The notes: generated by a model not told the origin, from the sequence alone. Positions 31,353 through 38,501 are shown, numbered from the stretch's first letter. The stretch is 64,000 nt of DNA from Candidatus Obscuribacteraceae bacterium (GCA_044226015.1 JBGAHS010000007.1:320001-384000); one strand, 5' to 3'. Translations and numbers: made by a program.

Positions 31353-31375
31353 TTCGTAATACTCGAAGTGATATT

Positions 31376-31434
31376 AAGGGCGGTGCAGGTCACCGCCCTT
31401 TTGCTTACGAAAAAAGGGACCTCAGGGTCCCTTT
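31376..31434. terminator. Two adjacent hairpins (terminators) between convergent pckG and SDR genes
   Basis: AAGGGCGGTG/CACCGCCCTT+TT and AAAGGGACC/GGTCCCTTT with A/T flanks. Confidence 0.8.
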
Positions 31435-31470
31435 CTATAACCGTGTTGTCGCAAGCGATGCAGGTCGTTC

Positions 31471-32490
31471 TTACTTCAGCTGATTATTTTTTACTGCAGC
31501 CTTCTCTATACCTTCGGTCAAGATGCTTGGAGAGTATTTGCTTTGACTGTCCATCCCCTTTCTCTTTTCAGACTCGATTCCACCCGTCTTCGGTAGCAAT
31601 TTGTTGACCAGTGACAGTATCTCGCGAGTTGGACCTGGAAAAACCGTGTTTATAACAGAGGCAACAGCCGCCGGGAATGAAATAATCAATTCAGCTTCGC
31701 CTGTTCTGCATGCTTCGATGATTTGTTTAGCTGCATCTTCTGCTGCTGTCGATATTATTGGCAGCGCATTCAGATTGCTAAATAGCGCATATTCTAGCTC
31801 GTTTTGTCCTTTAAATTCTGCGTGAAGATGGCTGCCCGTGCGCATCAAACCGGGACACACTGAAGTCACGTAGATTCCGTCTTTCCAGAGCTCAACACGC
31901 AAGCCTTCTGAAAAACCGGCTAGAGCAAACTTGCTTGTGCAATAAGGAAGAAGGTGTGGAACACTGATCTTTCCGCCAATTGACGAGATGTTGACAATGC
32001 GTCCGAACTTCTTTTCTTTCATAGTCGGAAGAACCGCAAAGATGGTATAGAGGGAAGCGAAAAAATGATTGTCCATTGAATTGCGAAAGTCTGAAATTGA
32101 CATTGTGTCAAATGGTCCGACTTCTATCACGCCTGCATTGTTTATCAAAACATCTATGGTTCCAAATCGTTCAAGAACCTTTGCGATTGCGTCGTTGACT
32201 TGTTCTTCCGAACGCACATCGCAGACAAAATAATCTATTTCAGTTTTCTTGCCTAACTCTTCTGCGGCGGTTTTCATTTCTTCTCGATCTCGAGCCAACA
32301 ATGCAAGTTTTGCGCCTCTTGATGCGAGTTGTCGAGCCATCACCAGCCCCAGCCCTCGGGAACCTCCGGTTATTACCACGACCTTGTCCTTAAAGCTCAT
32401 GGTGCGTGCGAATTTCAGTACCGACGAAAGTGCTGTTGAACCGCTCAGTAGTAGCCCCGACACATTAAAGAGGTTGCGGACAATTTTCAT
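31471..32490 (-). CDS. Short-chain dehydrogenase/reductase
   Basis: TGGSRGLG, NNAG, YCTSK (YxxxK). Confidence 0.93.
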   Translation of the reverse strand: MKIVRNLFNVSGLLLSGSTALSSVLKFARTMSFKDKVVVITGGSRGLGLVMARQLASRGAKLALLARDREEMKTAAEELGKKTEIDYFVCDVRSEEQVNDAIAKVLERFGTIDVLINNAGVIEVGPFDTMSISDFRNSMDNHFFASLYTIFAVLPTMKEKKFGRIVNISSIGGKISVPHLLPYCTSKFALAGFSEGLRVELWKDGIYVTSVCPGLMRTGSHLHAEFKGQNELEYALFSNLNALPIISTAAEDAAKQIIEACRTGEAELIISFPAAVASVINTVFPGPTREILSLVNKLLPKTGGIESEKRKGMDSQSKYSPSILTEGIEKAAVKNNQLK

Positions 32491-32695
32491 AAGCTCTCCT
32501 TGCCATTTAATTCTTCATTTGCTGTCATGATCCTAATGCGACGCTGATTCCTGTTCTACACTGCATAGTCTCGCTGTGACAAACCTTTATTCTTATCACT
32601 TGATGGGCAGCAACAGTATCTTCTTATAACGTAATGAAACATGGTTCTACAAACGAAGACTCAGCAGAGTTTTCATTTAGTGTTATTATTAGATT

Positions 32696-32739
32696 GTTCG
32701 GGACGACCCGAACCTGGGAAACTTATCGGGACGACCCGA
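32696..32739 (+). ncRNA. Guanidine-II (mini-ykkC) riboswitch
   Basis: Two hairpins, each with an ACGA loop (GTTCGGG-ACGA-CCCGAAC and TCGGG-ACGA-CCCGA), a 12-nt linker, immediately before an SMR gene. Confidence 0.92.
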
Positions 32740-32752
32740 CTGGATGGGTCAA

Positions 32753-33070
32753 ATGTCCTGGTTAATGCTTTTATTTGCTGGCGTGTTCGAAGTCGCCTGG
32801 GCAGTGGGATTGAAACAGTTACAATCCTCTAACAGTTTGCTGATTTTTTTCTTCACGGCGGTTTCGTTTATTGCCAGTTTCATATTGTTGTCTTTTGCGC
32901 TGAAATCTCTTCCACTAGGTACAGCTTATGCGATTTGGACAGGAATTGGTGCGTTGGGCACATTCATTCTAGGCATCGTGCTGTTCCAAGAATCGATCAG
33001 CCCAATCAGGCTGGCGTGCGCTGGAATGCTGATTATTGGACTGTTGGGTCTGAAGTTCTTTTCGAGCTAG
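32753..33070 (+). CDS. gdx: SMR family guanidinium exporter
   Basis: MSW..L..AG.FEV.WA.GLK, LPLGTAYAIWTGIG; guanidine riboswitch upstream. Confidence 0.9.
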   Translation: MSWLMLLFAGVFEVAWAVGLKQLQSSNSLLIFFFTAVSFIASFILLSFALKSLPLGTAYAIWTGIGALGTFILGIVLFQESISPIRLACAGMLIIGLLGLKFFSS

Positions 33071-33093
33071 TTTCGAGCTAATTTTCAGCTAAC

Positions 33094-33570
33094 TTACTTT
33101 GTCCAGAACTCATGATGGATTTTCAACAGAGTATTTTTCAGTGACGGTACTGGTCCGATCACAGAAATCGCCTTTTGCCCGCTACTGAACACTGTTCTGC
33201 AATCGAGGTTTAGGGTCGGATTCTCTGTATGATTTCCAGTGATCGAAAGCAATTCAGTTTCGCTTATTCCGAAAATAACTGAGCCTATGTTTGCCCAATA
33301 AATTGCTCCAGCGCACATGCAACATGGTTCGACTGTGGTGTAAAGTTTGCAGGTCCAGAGATAATCAGGGCTGAACTTCGCAAATGCCCTTTGCGCTAGA
33401 GTAGATTCAGCATGTTCTAGCACGCTTATGTTTCCTTGTTCGAGCAGTATAGTTGTATCGTCTGGTGCTACAAGAATTGCACCAAAAGGATGCTTCCCGA
33501 GGCTTTGCGATTTTAATGCTGTTTCGTGAGCCCGAAGAAGGTTGTGTTCTAGTGTTGAGTGGGTGCTCAT
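33094..33570 (-). CDS. Nucleoside/nucleobase deaminase (TadA/guanine-deaminase-like fold)
   Basis: PFGA, HAE, EPCCMC Zn motifs. Confidence 0.88.
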   Translation of the reverse strand: MSTHSTLEHNLLRAHETALKSQSLGKHPFGAILVAPDDTTILLEQGNISVLEHAESTLAQRAFAKFSPDYLWTCKLYTTVEPCCMCAGAIYWANIGSVIFGISETELLSITGNHTENPTLNLDCRTVFSSGQKAISVIGPVPSLKNTLLKIHHEFWTK

Positions 33571-33752
33571 TCTTTCGGACCAGCGTCAAAGTAAGATATA
33601 GTGCCCTCTTCATCCGTTTCATAGCTTATCTGAATCGGTCGACAGCAGACTTCACAGTCCTCGACATAAGTCTGTCCACCAGCACTCAAATCAAGAAGCA
33701 TTGAGATTTCCTCCCAGCAATAAGGGCAAGTGAAACTGTGTTCTTCAAGCAT
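33567..33752 (-). CDS. Small CPxC cysteine-rich (zinc-ribbon) protein
   Basis: CPYC...[11 protein letters not shown]; 4-bp overlap with the deaminase gene. Confidence 0.8.
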   Translation of the reverse strand: MLEEHSFTCPYCWEEISMLLDLSAGGQTYVEDCEVCCRPIQISYETDEEGTISYFDAGPKE

Positions 33753-33876
33753 TGAGTCAAATTGCCTTTAAGAAATCGAGTATATTATAAAGCTTTCGTG
33801 TGGTTTGCTGGCATGCATTCACAGTGATGAGCACTTAATTTGCTAAAATCATTTCTCCCGATGAAAGTGCGAGATT

Positions 33877-34368
33877 ATGACAAGCAAAGAAAAAAATGCG
33901 GCGGGTTACTGGCTCTTAAAATCTGAGCCGGAATCATTTTCGATTCAAGATTTAGAGAAAGCTCCCAAGAAAACTACTTGTTGGGATGGGGTTCGCAACT
34001 ACCAGGCGCGGAACACGCTTCGTGACAGCATGAAGAAAGGTGATCTTGCTTTTTATTATCATAGCAATTCCGATCCTTCAGCTATTGTGGGCGTTGTTGA
34101 AATTGTTAAAGAAGGCTATCCAGATCACACAGCGTTCGATCCAGATGATCATCATTATGATCCTAAGAGTGATAAAAAAAATCCGACATGGTATATGGTT
34201 GATGTTAAACACGTGGAGACGTTCAAGAAACCTTTAGGACTGGACTTCTTGAAAGGTCTACCAGCTCTAAAAAACATGGTGCTCTTGCAAAAAGGTAGTC
34301 GGCTCTCAGTTCAACCTGTTGCAAAATCTGAGTGGGATGCGATTATTAAACTTGCGGCTAAGTCCTAA
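33877..34368 (+). CDS. EVE domain protein
   Basis: YWLLKSEP, WDGVRNYQARN, FYYHS, RLSVQPV. Confidence 0.95.
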   Translation: MTSKEKNAAGYWLLKSEPESFSIQDLEKAPKKTTCWDGVRNYQARNTLRDSMKKGDLAFYYHSNSDPSAIVGVVEIVKEGYPDHTAFDPDDHHYDPKSDKKNPTWYMVDVKHVETFKKPLGLDFLKGLPALKNMVLLQKGSRLSVQPVAKSEWDAIIKLAAKS

Positions 34369-34460
34369 TGTTGTGGTGCCGCATATGGTGGCGCTTCTGA
34401 ATACAAATTGCAAGCCAAAATTGTGAATCTAAGAATTGACCAGTGTTTGTGAAATCGAAG

Positions 34461-35055
34461 GGAAATTTTGACATGCCCGGACGTGAAGTCAGAAAATGCC
34501 AGGGGAAAGTTTGACATGCGCTGGCGCTGAAGTCAGAAAATGCCCGGGGAAAGTTTGACATGCCCAGGCGTGAAGTCAGAAAATGCCCGGGGAAAGTTTG
34601 ACGCACTCGGGAGTGAAGTCAGAAAATGTCCGGGGAAAGTTTGACATGCCGGCAGTGAAGTCAGAAAATGCCCGGGGAAAGTTTGACATGCGCTGGTGTT
34701 GAAGTCAGAAAATGCCCGGGGAAAGTTTGACATGCCCGGGAGTGAAGTCAGAAAATGCCCGGGGAAAGTTTGACGCACCCGGGAGTGAAGTCAGAAAATG
34801 CCCGGGGAAAGTTTGACATGCTCGGCAGTGAAGTCAGAAAATGCCCGGGGAAAGTTTGACATGCCCGGCAGTGAAGTCAGAAAATGCCCGGGGAAAGTTT
34901 GACATGCCCGGCAGTGAAGTCAGAAAATGCCCGGGGGAAGTTTGACATGCTCGGCAGTGAATTCAGAAAATGTCCGGGGAAAGTTTGACACGCCCGGGCG
35001 CTGAAGTCAGAAAATGCCCGGGGAAAGTTTGACACACTCGGCAGTGAAGTAAGAA
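34461..35055. repeat. Non-coding tandem repeat: 13 units of 42-44 bp plus degenerate flanks
   Basis: Core GAAGTCAGAAAATGCCCGGGGAAAGTTTGAC (31 bp) plus an 11-13-bp semi-variable segment; first core at 34485, last partial at 35046. Confidence 0.95.
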
Positions 35056-35211
35056 AAAACTTGCGAAAAACTTCGCGAAGATAAACCACAGAAATATCTG
35101 ATACTGAATGCAGTGTCATTAAATCTGGTTTTTTTTTGTAATAACTTCCACTGAGTTCACAAATCTGTGCATAATAGACTCAGTAACTTTCAGTCTTTGT
35201 GGGTGTGCAAG

Positions 35212-35853
35212 ATGCAATCCGTTGCAGAGAGTTTGAGAGCGTATTTTAGCGGTCTTCCAGAAGGCAGCTTGGTTTGTGCTTACCATTTGAGAGAAAAGGG
35301 TTCTCATCAAGCCGTATACAAATTCCTTTCACGCGAAGTAAAGGCGCATAGAATCATTCGTGTGTCATACGGCGTGTATCAGGTCAATATAGCTTCCGCG
35401 CAACCCGCCGTAAGTATTTCTGATGTGATGGAATCAAAGTCCAAAGCTTTTGGTAAAGAGGTCACATATGCAGCAACAAATTCGACACGATTTCAAACTA
35501 CTGGTTGTAAGAGCCAACTCCGAATCTTTGATCGACTTGTGAAATGGGTTCCTGTTTCTCTAAAACGATTCACCAGGCTGAATACTCAAAGAAAAGTAAA
35601 ATCCGCAGATGAAACCATTGATGATTCCAGTTTTTCTTCACTAACGATTAGCATTTTTCCAACAGTCAATGACATGGAATGCCGTACAAATGAACCTCCG
35701 AGAGTTGAGTTTGATTATGGTGCTGTATATGGTGGCTCATCTCGCGCAGAAGATCTCCTGAAAGCTCTTTTAGTATTCGCCAAGACATTTCTCTCTGGAT
35801 ACCCTGTGAAACCCCACCGGTTTCACGCAAGTAATGTGTTTTCCAGTGCCTAA
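35212..35853 (+). CDS. AbiEi/DUF6088-like winged-helix protein (orphan)
   Basis: LPEGSLV......GS..AV...LSR.VK...I.RV..GVY resembles the N-terminal wHTH of type IV TA antitoxins; C-terminal part unrecognised. Confidence 0.6.
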   Translation: MQSVAESLRAYFSGLPEGSLVCAYHLREKGSHQAVYKFLSREVKAHRIIRVSYGVYQVNIASAQPAVSISDVMESKSKAFGKEVTYAATNSTRFQTTGCKSQLRIFDRLVKWVPVSLKRFTRLNTQRKVKSADETIDDSSFSSLTISIFPTVNDMECRTNEPPRVEFDYGAVYGGSSRAEDLLKALLVFAKTFLSGYPVKPHRFHASNVFSSA

Positions 35854-35980
35854 AAAGCTCGGAGATGTCTCGCATGCTGCTAGCTGCTCTGCTTGCGGAT
35901 CTTGAGCATTGAGTCCGCAGGATTGCAGGATTTGCGGCGTCGGTTAGTGATGGAATTTTGTGCCGAAGGGGCAGGTGCAC

Positions 35981-36140
35981 TGGGTGCTACGATGTGGACT
36001 TGGGTGCTGCGGTGTGGGGCTGGGTGCTGCGGTGTGGCGCTGGGTGTTGCGGTGTGGCGTTGGGTGCTGCGGTGTGGGGCTGGGGGTTGCGGTGTGGCGC
36101 TGGGTGCTACGTTGTGGCGCCGGGTGCTGCTGTGCGGGTG
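35981..36140. repeat. 20-bp GT-rich tandem repeat, 8 copies
   Basis: Consensus TGGGTGCTGCGGTGTGGCGC in exact 20-bp register; almost no A on the + strand. Confidence 0.93.
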
Positions 36141-36296
36141 GCAGTGGGTCATGCAGCTTGCCCATAGTGCCGGGACGTTGGTCGTATAGTCTTTGCTCCG
36201 TAGTCCTTTCCTTGCAAGAGGTACGGGGATGCCCAGGGGCTAGTGGTGATACCATATGCGGTGGAAAAATATTTCGTAAAAAATGACTTTTTGCAC

Positions 36297-36326
36297 TTGA
36301 CCAATTCGTAGTTAATGAGTTAGTTT
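36297..36326 (+). promoter_or_regulatory. Putative promoter of the tRNA array
   Basis: TTGACC-N18-TAGTTT ending 6 nt before the first tRNA; AT-rich upstream region. Confidence 0.5.
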
Positions 36327-36332
36327 GTAAAA

Positions 36333-36407
36333 AGCAGAGTTGTGTAGTGGACAACACATCGCGCTCATAACGCGAAGATTTGGGTTCGATTCCCTTCTCT
36401 GCCACCA
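36333..36407 (+). tRNA. tRNA-Met(CAT), initiator-like 1:72 mismatch
   Basis: Acceptor GCAGAG/CTCTGC with A1:C72; anticodon arm TCGCG-CTCATAA-CGCGA; TTCGA; CCA encoded. Confidence 0.85.
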
Positions 36408-36411
36408 AGAT

Positions 36412-36485
36412 GCGGATTTGGCACATTGGCTGTGCTCCAGTTTTCCAAGCTGGCAAAAAGAGTTCGATTCTCTTATTCCGCTCCA
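36412..36485 (+). tRNA. tRNA-Gly(TCC)
   Basis: CCAGT-TTTCCAA-GCTGG; GCGGA/TCCGC; U73; CCA encoded. Confidence 0.88.
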
Positions 36486-36506
36486 TTGTTCAGACTATTT
36501 TTCAGG

Positions 36507-36639
36507 AATGACGACCGTGTTTTTCACATCACAGAGCCAAATCTCAGCTCCATGCCCCACAAATAGAGGGCAGCTGAGTTTTAACGCGCCGACGCGCCAG
36601 TCTGTAATGCGACACACAGAGGATCACGGTTATGTCATT
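36507..36639 (+). ncRNA. Candidate structured ncRNA (~133 nt) inside the tRNA array
   Basis: Nested helices AATGAC/GTCATT, GACCGTG/CACGGTT, CATCACAGA/TCTGTAATG, CTCAGCT/AGCTGAG, GCCC/GGGC, plus a GCGC-CGAC-GCGC hairpin. Confidence 0.6.
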
Positions 36640-36705
36640 AGATTTAAGAGACACAAAAAAGACAATAAAGGCGGCATCCGAGCGTAACTTTTCCGCCTTT
36701 TCTAA

Positions 36706-36780
36706 GGGGATGAATGTTACCAAGGTCGGCGACGAAGTTTTGCAAACTTCGTGGGGTGAGTTCGATTCTCACCGTCTCCA
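36706..36780 (+). tRNA. tRNA-Ala(TGC), atypical D arm
   Basis: GGGGATG/CGTCTCC with G3.U70, A73; GAAGT-TTTGCAA-ACTTC; GTGAG-TTCGATT-CTCAC. Confidence 0.82.
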
Positions 36781-36787
36781 AACTATT

Positions 36788-36860
36788 GCCTTCGTGCCTC
36801 AATTGGTACAGGAAGAACCTTGTAAGTTCTCAGTTGTCAGTTCGACTCTGACCGAAGGCT
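36788..36860 (+). tRNA. tRNA-Thr(TGT)
   Basis: GCCTTCG/CGAAGGC; AGAAC-CTTGTAA-GTTCT. Confidence 0.88.
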
Positions 36861-36862
36861 GT

Positions 36863-36935
36863 GACTCCATAACTCAGTCGGTAGAGTACGCGCCTTTTAA
36901 GCGTCGATGCGTTGGTTCGAGTCCAACTGGGGTCA
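36863..36935 (+). tRNA. tRNA-Lys(TTT)
   Basis: GACTCCA/TGGGGTC; loop CTTTTAA; weak top of the anticodon stem (C.C mismatch). Confidence 0.82.
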
Positions 36936-36940
36936 TTGAA

Positions 36941-37016
36941 CGGCTTATAGTTCAGTGGATAGAGCATCTCGCTTCTACCGAGAAAGTCCTTGGTTCGAAT
37001 CCAAGTAAGCCGGCCA
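36941..37016 (+). tRNA. tRNA-Arg(TCT)
   Basis: CGGCTTA/TAAGCCG; TCTCG-CTTCTAC-CGAGA; CCA encoded. Confidence 0.9.
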
Positions 37017-37018
37017 AC

Positions 37019-37095
37019 CCCTCATTAGCTCAGGGGACAGAGCACGGTTCTACGAAAGCCGGTTGTCGCAGGTTCGATTCCTGCATGAGGGTCCA
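37019..37095 (+). tRNA. tRNA-Arg(ACG)
   Basis: CCCTCAT/ATGAGGG; CGGTT-CTACGAA-AGCCG; CCA encoded. Confidence 0.9.
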
Positions 37096-37096
37096 T

Positions 37097-37169
37097 CTTC
37101 CGTTGGCGCAATCGGTAGCGCAAGTTCCTTACAAGAACGAGGTTGAACGTTCAAGTCGTTCACGGAAGA
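37097..37169 (+). tRNA. tRNA-Val(TAC)
   Basis: CTTCCGT/ACGGAAG; GTTC-CTTACAA-GAAC. Confidence 0.88.
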
Positions 37170-37174
37170 TTGAT

Positions 37175-37250
37175 TGCATCGTAGCTCAACAGGTGGAGCT
37201 GTCCGCTGTTACCGGAAAGGTTATAGGTTCAAATCCTATCGATGCAGCCA
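37175..37250 (+). tRNA. tRNA-Asn(GTT)
   Basis: TGCATCG/CGATGCA; TCCG-CTGTTAC-CGGA; G73; CCA encoded. Confidence 0.88.
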
Positions 37251-37251
37251 C

Positions 37252-37336
37252 GGACGTTAGGCGAATTGGAAAGCGGTCTGTCTTGAAAACAGATGCCCGA
37301 AAGGGTTGCGGGTTCGAGTCCTTGCAACGTCCGCCA
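37252..37336 (+). tRNA. tRNA-Ser(TGA)
   Basis: GGACGTT/AACGTCC; TCTGT-CTTGAAA-ACAGA; long variable arm GCCC-GAAA-GGGT; CCA encoded. Confidence 0.85.
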
Positions 37337-37380
37337 ATTAAAAAATCCGAAATCAAACAAAGACAAAACAAAACGCACTA

Positions 37381-37671
37381 GTTTTTGAATGTTTGAAGCA
37401 ATTCTGAATTCACTGCTCGGATTCAATCTGAATTGCGGGAAGGCAATGTGCTACTTGCCTCTAAAAATCGTAGCGCAGTTGAAGGAGCGATGCCATGCGT
37501 CGCTCTTCTGAGAAAAATGAAGCACCAGATGAGGTATCACCATGAAGTACTTTGATTCATTCAATTTGAATACACCGGGAGGCTTTAAGTCCTTTTATAC
37601 CGACGTTGTTCTCGTTGGACACTTGCAGCGAATTTAGAGGAAAATAGAATGATTTATCGCATTCAGCAAAC
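37381..37671 (+). ncRNA. Candidate large structured ncRNA (~290 nt) inside the tRNA array
   Basis: Ends pair (GTTTTTGAATG/CATTCAGCAAAC); hairpins at 37398-37436, 37481-37508 and 37600-37618; long-range helix CCTCTAAA/TTTAGAGG; no credible ORF. Confidence 0.55.
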
Positions 37672-37679
37672 AAAATATC

Positions 37680-37751
37680 GCACGAATAGCACAACGGTTG
37701 TGCAGGCGCTCGATAAGCGCTTGGCTCCAGGTTCGAATCCTGGTTCGTGCA
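37680..37751 (+). tRNA. tRNA-Ile(GAT), C33 instead of U33
   Basis: GCACGAA/TTCGTGC; GGCGC-TCGATAA-GCGCT. Confidence 0.82.
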
Positions 37752-37754
37752 TGT

Positions 37755-37826
37755 TGGCCAGTCGTCTAAACGGTAGGACAACAGACTTTGAATCTGTGAA
37801 TCTTGGTTCGAACCCAAGCAGGCCAG
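37755..37826 (+). tRNA. tRNA-Gln(TTG)
   Basis: TGGCC/GGCCA; ACAGA-CTTTGAA-TCTGT; G73. Confidence 0.9.
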
Positions 37827-37830
37827 TAAC

Positions 37831-37904
37831 GTGTATGTCGTCTAGTGGATAGGATTTTCGGTTGTGACTCGAATGAACGGGTTCGAATCCCGTCATACAC
37901 TCCA
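37831..37904 (+). tRNA. tRNA-His(GTG), no encoded G-1:C73
   Basis: GTGTATG/CATACAC; TTCGG-TTGTGAC-TCGAA; T73 then CCA; base -1 is C. Confidence 0.85.
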
Positions 37905-37936
37905 AGCAAAGAGCAAGTGAGAGCAGAATGATTTTT

Positions 37937-38008
37937 CTCGGTGTAGTTCAACAGCAGAATGCCCGTTTTGGAAACGGGAGGTACCAGGGGCAGCACCTGG
38001 CGCTGAGA
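37937..38008 (+). tRNA. tRNA-Pro(TGG) copy 1, non-canonical T-loop, A37
   Basis: CTCGGTG/CGCTGAG; CCCGT-TTTGGAA-ACGGG; CCAGG-GGCAGCA-CCTGG. Confidence 0.8.
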
Positions 38009-38014
38009 TTGTTT

Positions 38015-38086
38015 CTCGGAGTAGTTCACCAGCAGAACGCCCGCCTTGGGAGCGGGAGGCACCAGGGGCAGCACCTGGCTCTGAGA
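38015..38086 (+). tRNA. tRNA-Pro(TGG) copy 2, non-canonical T-loop, G37
   Basis: CTCGGAG/CTCTGAG; CCCGC-CTTGGGA-GCGGG; CCAGG-GGCAGCA-CCTGG. Confidence 0.8.
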
Positions 38087-38089
38087 TAT

Positions 38090-38162
38090 GCGCGATTAGC
38101 AAAGATAGCAATGCAGTGGACTGCAAATCCAAAACGCGACAGTGCAAGTCTGTCATCGCGCT
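38090..38162 (+). tRNA. tRNA-Cys(GCA), T-loop TGCAAGT
   Basis: GCGCGAT/ATCGCGC; TGGA-CTGCAAA-TCCA; U73. Confidence 0.82.
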
Positions 38163-38202
38163 TAATTCATGTGATATTTGGTCAATCATGCTGAAGTAAT
38201 TT

Positions 38203-38276
38203 GCTCGTGTAGCCCAACTGGCAGAGGCGGCTGATTCAAAATCAGTTTGATGTGAGTTCAAATCTCACCACGAGTA
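38203..38276 (+). tRNA. tRNA-Leu(CAA) with short variable loop
   Basis: GCTCGTG/CACGAGT; GCTGA-TTCAAAA-TCAGT; 5-nt variable region; A73. Confidence 0.83.
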
Positions 38277-38277
38277 T

Positions 38278-38354
38278 GCCTGGTTAGGAGAATTGGTATA
38301 TCCGACCGCCTTAGAAGCGGTAGTTTCTCGGTTCGAGTCCGAGACTAGGCACCA
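38278..38354 (+). tRNA. tRNA-Leu(TAG) with short variable loop
   Basis: GCCTGGT/ACTAGGC; ACCGC-CTTAGAA-GCGGT; 5-nt variable region; CCA encoded. Confidence 0.85.
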
Positions 38355-38355
38355 T

Positions 38356-38429
38356 GCGCAAGTCGGTTAATGGCAAACCATTCGCCTCCAAAGCGATGAC
38401 TCCAGGTTCAAGTCCTGGTTTGCGCGCCA
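38356..38429 (+). tRNA. tRNA-Trp(CCA)
   Basis: GCGCAAG/TTTGCGC; TCGC-CTCCAAA-GCGA; G73; CCA encoded. Confidence 0.88.
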
Positions 38430-38433
38430 ATTT

Positions 38434-38501
38434 ACTTAAGTCGTCTAATGGCTCAGGATTTCCCGTTCAGAGAAAGACACAGGGCGCTACTGTTTGAAGT
38501 A
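38434..38501 (+). tRNA. Degenerate or atypical tRNA-Glu(TTC)-like element
   Basis: ACTTAAG/TTGAAGT (one mismatch); Glu/Gln-type TCGTCTAATGG..AGGA D arm; loop CGTTCAG; 4-bp T stem ACAG-GGCGCTA-CTGT. Confidence 0.45.

Noticed and set aside
34461..35055. CRISPR array
   Set aside because: The variable segments are only 11-13 bp and are related to each other and to the repeat; there are no cas genes in the window.
36507..36639. 5S rRNA or 6S RNA
   Set aside because: Only superficial words match (CCATGCC, AACGC); there is no loop E or 5S helix pattern and no central 6S bubble.
37381..37671. Canonical RNase P RNA, tmRNA or group I intron
   Set aside because: No GAGGAAAGUCC/P4 pairing, no tRNA-Ala-like ends or tag ORF, and no recognisable P7 core; kept only as an unknown ncRNA candidate.
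34358..38261. Short ORFs over the repeats and tRNA array (e.g. 36632-37381, 35893-36189, 34533-34778)
   Set aside because: They are read-through of tandem repeats or tRNA cloverleafs, with no protein motifs.
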